Below are positions 59,701-64,000 of a stretch of DNA of 64,000 nt, one piece after another. The first letter of the stretch is position 1, and each line of letters starts with the position of its first letter. Under the pieces are notes generated by a model, which saw only the letters and a program-made list of their open reading frames with translations, ran no database searches and had not been told where the DNA came from. The translations under genes and the position numbers were made by a program. This DNA is from Leptogorgia sarmentosa (Eukaryota), in assembly GCA_964658305.1 (NCBI GenBank), contig OZ210885.1:682001-746000 (forward strand), read 5' to 3'.

Positions 59701-62700
59701 TGTCTTGAGTCCACTGATCAATCATGTAGATTGTTTTATCGTCTGCGACCACCTTGTAGGAGCCGTGGTTGGAATCGCTCTCGTATAGGTAAGCTTGTTT
59801 GTTTGTTTTTTCCCCCGCAAAGTTTCAGGAGGTGAGAGTGGTCAAACAGCTACAACCAAGGAAAGTGAGCTTTCAAAAGTTATTCATCCGTTTTACACTT
59901 GCGCAATGTGCATGCTTCAGGACTTAATTCTTCTAATGCACCTCAGTTAGTTTCCTCAGATACAACGAGCGACAGCAAGCGTTTTGAAAACTAGGCTTTA
60001 ATACAATTTGCAGATTCTTCAATAGTAGAAGTAAACCATGTATATGCGTAGAAATTAAAGAACTTGTGTAAATAAACTGCATTTTGATAGCTACTCAGTA
60101 GCTGCTATTCAATTACTTAGTTCTGTTTTTTATTGAATGAAAAGTCAGAAAATTAGAAGTTTAGCAGATGTGCATGAAGCAGGAAAGTGCTGAAAGATAC
60201 AACTTCCTACGTAGTAATTTATATGCCCTTTAAACTTGTTTAGTTTGAGCTGTTGTGTTTAAAAACATTTGAAAATTCTTATTCTTTCAAAATTTCAGGA
60301 TATGGGTTTGGTGATCCTCATTATCTGACCAATGATGGTAAGAACTACACGTTTAATGGCTGTGGATGGTACACGTATTTTAATGGGACGATACCAGGTA
60401 TAACGAAATTACATATATAAATATAATGATATTTGTCACATGAAATTTGTCACAACAAATCATTCTGATTGGCCATTTTGTTTGGCAGTTAATTGGTACT
60501 TTAATATTATAATATTCACTTGAATAAAAACCCATTCTTGTACTGCGCCCCCGCCCCACCCCCCATACACTACAATTCCCGACGAAAGATCGAATTTCAT
60601 TCTATACTCATGATGTCAATATCATACTCCACCACAAGCAGTGCCAATTTATGACTTCAGGTACGGCCGACAGCAACCTTGTTATACAAGTTCGCACGAC
60701 GAGAGTTGGTGATGTGAATGCTACAGGATTCACTGCAGTTGCTGTGAGAGAGGGTAGCGCAGAAACCGTTCAAGTTAATTTACTAAGCACAGGTAACAAA
60801 CTTCGCAATGAAAAGATAAATTTGCCTTTTCATAGGCCTCAGTATTCGAGCAATATTATGCAAGAGAGAAGCTGTTGTGAGATACACTCTACCTTATGTT
60901 GTTAAAAATTATTCCATATTCTTCTTTATATACTTTTACCTTTAAACAGAATGTTGCTCTTGTAGAATACTAATTTAACATGCAATAGGTGATTGTTTGA
61001 GGTTACCCGTACGGCAACTCTCCAATGTATGGCGATTAAATTATCAATAAGCATTTGCCCGCAAATAGGACTACATAATTTCTTTTCTCGTTGAAGTGAA
61101 ACATGATAGCCATCTAATCTTGTCTTGAAGAATAACACATTTCAAATTCCGATCAGCTGCAGACAAATCGTTTTTCAAATTCCATCTGATTTTTTTAGCA
61201 AATTTTTCCGCTATTAATAATATTTTAATATAGAATATCTAATTTTAATACTTCTTCTTTCATCTGGCTATTCCAAAGAAAGTTCAATAGAGGATCGCTG
61301 GAACGCAAATATTTGACCTGTGCATCACACCGCGCCAGCTTTTGTGGCAGGCGCAAATTCGTTAATAAGGGATAGGTTGAAAAATTCTCTTTGCCATGTT
61401 ATCCATATTATGTGTAATAGCACAGAATCTTTCATTTCTTATTCTCGCGCTTGATTTCTGTAGGAGATTTCTATGTGGATACAAACCAGACACTATTCAA
61501 CATTCAGGATGATGAACAAACTATTCTGGATAGCGGCGTTATTCTCTCTTCCTTCAATAAATCTTTTTCTATATTGACTCCCTTGGGGACAAGATTGGAA
61601 GTCAGAAAAGCTGCAAATAACTCTCTGTTGACAATTGTGGCGGCCATATTGCCTTCATACGAAAACAATTCATTGGGATTGACAGGAAACTGGAATGGCA
61701 ACGTTGACGATGACTTCACTTTACCTAACGGAACTGTTTTGCCAATTGATATGAGTGAATCGGACATCTTTTACAAATTTGGAGAGGAATGTGAGTTTCG
61801 AAATTAATTTTTAAAGAATAGAAATGTTTTCAGGTTGACATATTTGGAATTATAATATAGCATTTTTAAAACATGGGGGTTGATTGGTCAAAAGCTCGGA
61901 AAGCCGGTTTTTTGTACGATAGCAACACGGGAAAATTCGCGCGGATTGCGTAGACTGCGCGGGAATTTTAAAAAAGCAAAATTAATATTTGAATGAATGT
62001 AACTAAAATCAATCAATTTTTGGAATTTTGGGAGAAACGAGAAATTCCGTGGAAACACGAGCATGAAGTGTGAGTGTTTCTACCCAATTTCGAGACTTTT
62101 TATTTCTTAAATTAAAAAATCATTAAGGAATATTTCCTAATGATAAACGGAATGATCATACTAAATTTCATGTCGTATGTGTAAAGTCAGAAAACCTGGC
62201 CTGTCTAAGGAAAACAAACTACAGGTTAAAAGAAAAAAAGAAAAATTTGAAATCGCCCTTTTGGTTTATATACATTCTTTTTCGAAAAAGTTTTGAAATT
62301 TATATTTTAAAAATCCAGGGGGATCTTTTCCAACAGAAAAGAAATGGCTAGCTTTGCGCAAGAAATTGTAAAATTTATTAAAAGTAATTTTCAGTTCATG
62401 GACGGAAACTTTGTGGAATTTAAAGCCCTTCAAAACGTCGCTTAATTTACGCTTGTACCTAATTTGCATAATTATCCCAACTAGGTAATTAGGCATGCAA
62501 AAGAGCTAATTATTTTAAAAAACAAAAAAAAGTTTGCGCAATGCTTTGAAGTGGTTAAACTCAATCAAATTTCCTGAAATTTTGAACAGCAATACAAAAC
62601 TCAGCAGAGTTTCCGTCCATCAACTCAAAATTACTATTAAGCGTTCAAATTACGTGCGCAAACTACTTCTTATCTGTTGGAAAAGAAACTCACCCCTGTA

Positions 62701-63427
62701 TTTTCAAAACTTAAATTTCAATTTTTTTTCCGTTTATTCTTCATAATAATTACCCAAGCAATGTATATACATCAAAAATGTCGCACCCCGAGTCGCTTGG
62801 CGAAGTTACGAACGATTTCTAATCTGTTCACTTTAATACACCCTGTATTATTAGTCATAAAATGTTCACATCTCTCCTCCCCCCAGTCCCCCAGTCTTTT
62901 CAATATACAGTGTATAAACAATAAATGCCATTAAAAATTAAGCTCGCGAAGGGATTTTTTCATTGAGGGGGTGGGGAGTTGGCGAAGGCGTGAGTCTCTA
63001 TTGAGGGATCGTTAGACCCTATTGTGGAAAAATGTACTTCAATTCAAACCCACCTAAAAGTATTATATAAAACTTAACCCTATTTGACCATGCATGTGCA
63101 TTTATGTTAATTTTTGAAACATCGAACCGCATCATTGTTGGCTGATTTGAGAATTTCTTTGTGTGAATTAAGGGCGAGTGCGGGAAGGCGAAGAATTGTA
63201 TAGAAATTTAACTGATGATGATAACTTCAAGTGTCCACAAAACTTTGCTCCAGTCTTCTTTCAAGAGGCACTAGACTCTCTCGACCCTGCCTTAAGAGCG
63301 CAAGCTCAAATGGTGTGTGGCAATGACCTCACGTGTCTCTTCGATATTGCTGCAACAGGAAATGTTGCTCTTGGGGAATCAACTTTATCCGAAAGCACTG
63401 AAATTCAAAATGACATTACAATCCTAG
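53733..63427 (+). CDS. Gene 2: paralogous mucin-like protein, 5' part (SP-PTS micro-exons-NIDO-AMOP-VWD); continues beyond the window
   Basis: Exons 53733-53802, 55908-55943, 56379-56408, 56647-56676, 56911-57035, 57293-57616, 57965-58062, 58793-58876, 59277-59788, 60299-60397 (FGDPHY), 60661-60792, 61464-61790, 63173-63427. Same intron positions and phases as gene 1; no stop codons in the spliced frame. Confidence 0.87.
54680..55300 (-). mobile_element. Degenerate non-LTR retrotransposon (L2/CR1-like) relic
   Basis: Minus-strand fragments ILGLKF..LLWNDHVN and IRPVL..QYGAQVFHNGLLEYIHENLE resemble the post-RT region of L2/CR1 ORF2; heavily frameshifted. Confidence 0.5.
56150..56940 (+). repeat. 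Three ~265-280 bp tandem intron+exon units generating PTS micro-exons in gene 2
   Basis: Repeated ...TTTTTCGAA(A/C)TTTATCA...CTAACAGGCA(T/A)CTTCTGTTTT..TTAG|GC...CCAACAG units. Confidence 0.85.
58920..59076. mobile_element. Tc1/mariner-like MITE (related fragment at ~42412-42500)
   Basis: CAGGGTGTCTCCAA...TTGGGGACACCTTG|TA; shares TAATCTATTGTTAGAATTTCAAT with 42429. Confidence 0.55.
62280..62730. repeat. Degenerate fold-back (arms ~62280-62420 and ~62600-62730)
   Basis: TCTTTTCCAACAGA...ATGGACGGAAACT mirrored by AGTTTCCGTCCAT...TCTGTTGGAAAAGA; explains the opposite-strand ORFs that share VSVHxLKIT. Confidence 0.6.
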
Positions 63428-64000
63428 GTGAGCAATACGCGATTTAAATTATAGTAATAAGCAAAAATAGGTTGGTCATCTTTCGCATCTGCATGATATC
63501 TAGTGTTAGTTTAGGTCAGTTCAGGAAATTTTGTAAATTGTAGGAATTATTAGAGATCCATCACTTACCTATTTGTATTAATTTTTTGTTGCTTTTTTTG
63601 TTAAATTTCATTTTAATTTATTTTAATTTCTCCCTCAGGGTGGCATAGCTTAGTATGATTATTGTTGTTGCTTCTTATCACATCCTCAATGTATATAATT
63701 AATTGTTTTAATTCTTATATTATTAGTTTACCCTATTTTTTACATATATTTATTTTCACAAATATTTTACAGCGTAAAATTGATCCAATTCAATTAAATT
63801 ACTAATCGGTACTCATCCTGTTTACAACTGTGTACTCTACTAAGACTATCTACATTTACACTTAAGAAATTATTTAATTCCTCCTATAAACCACGGTTTG
63901 ACATGCATGTAATTAAAAAGATTTTAAGAATATGAACTCCACTCTTTGCATATACCATACTTTACTCAGAGTAACCAGCAGGACATGAACGATATCTTTC

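Noticed and set aside
1..64000. Prokaryotic operons, defence systems, rRNA or tRNA genes
   Set aside because: Spliceosomal exon-intron structure throughout; no such sequences recognised.

Overview
AT-rich, intron-rich animal genomic DNA. The gene family and repeat content suggest a marine invertebrate, probably an anthozoan cnidarian (inference). The window holds two tandem + strand paralogs of a MUC4/SUSD2-like 'mucin-like' membrane protein. Gene 1 (9419-41995) could be built by hand as 49 GT-AG exons with consistent phases, about 2,864 aa. Its order is: signal peptide, NIDO, AMOP, GDPH-containing VWD, cadherin/Ig-like module, 7 EGF, 13 copies of an unnamed two-exon ~130-aa repeat (possibly SEA-like), TM helix, and a short tail ending S-N-I. 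Three of the 13 repeats are interrupted by 27-nt symmetric micro-exons encoding an RRRKR furin-type site. Gene 2 starts at 53733, shares the exon structure through the VWD region and runs off the window end. The paralogs share a ~2.4-2.6 kb alignable non-coding upstream module. A very recent 4.87-kb tandem duplication has copied gene 2's promoter and first exon. Introns and intergenic DNA contain many MITEs, a LINE relic and a Polinton-like fold-back element. All coordinates were read by eye, no database search was possible, and no rRNA, tRNA or CRISPR array was seen.
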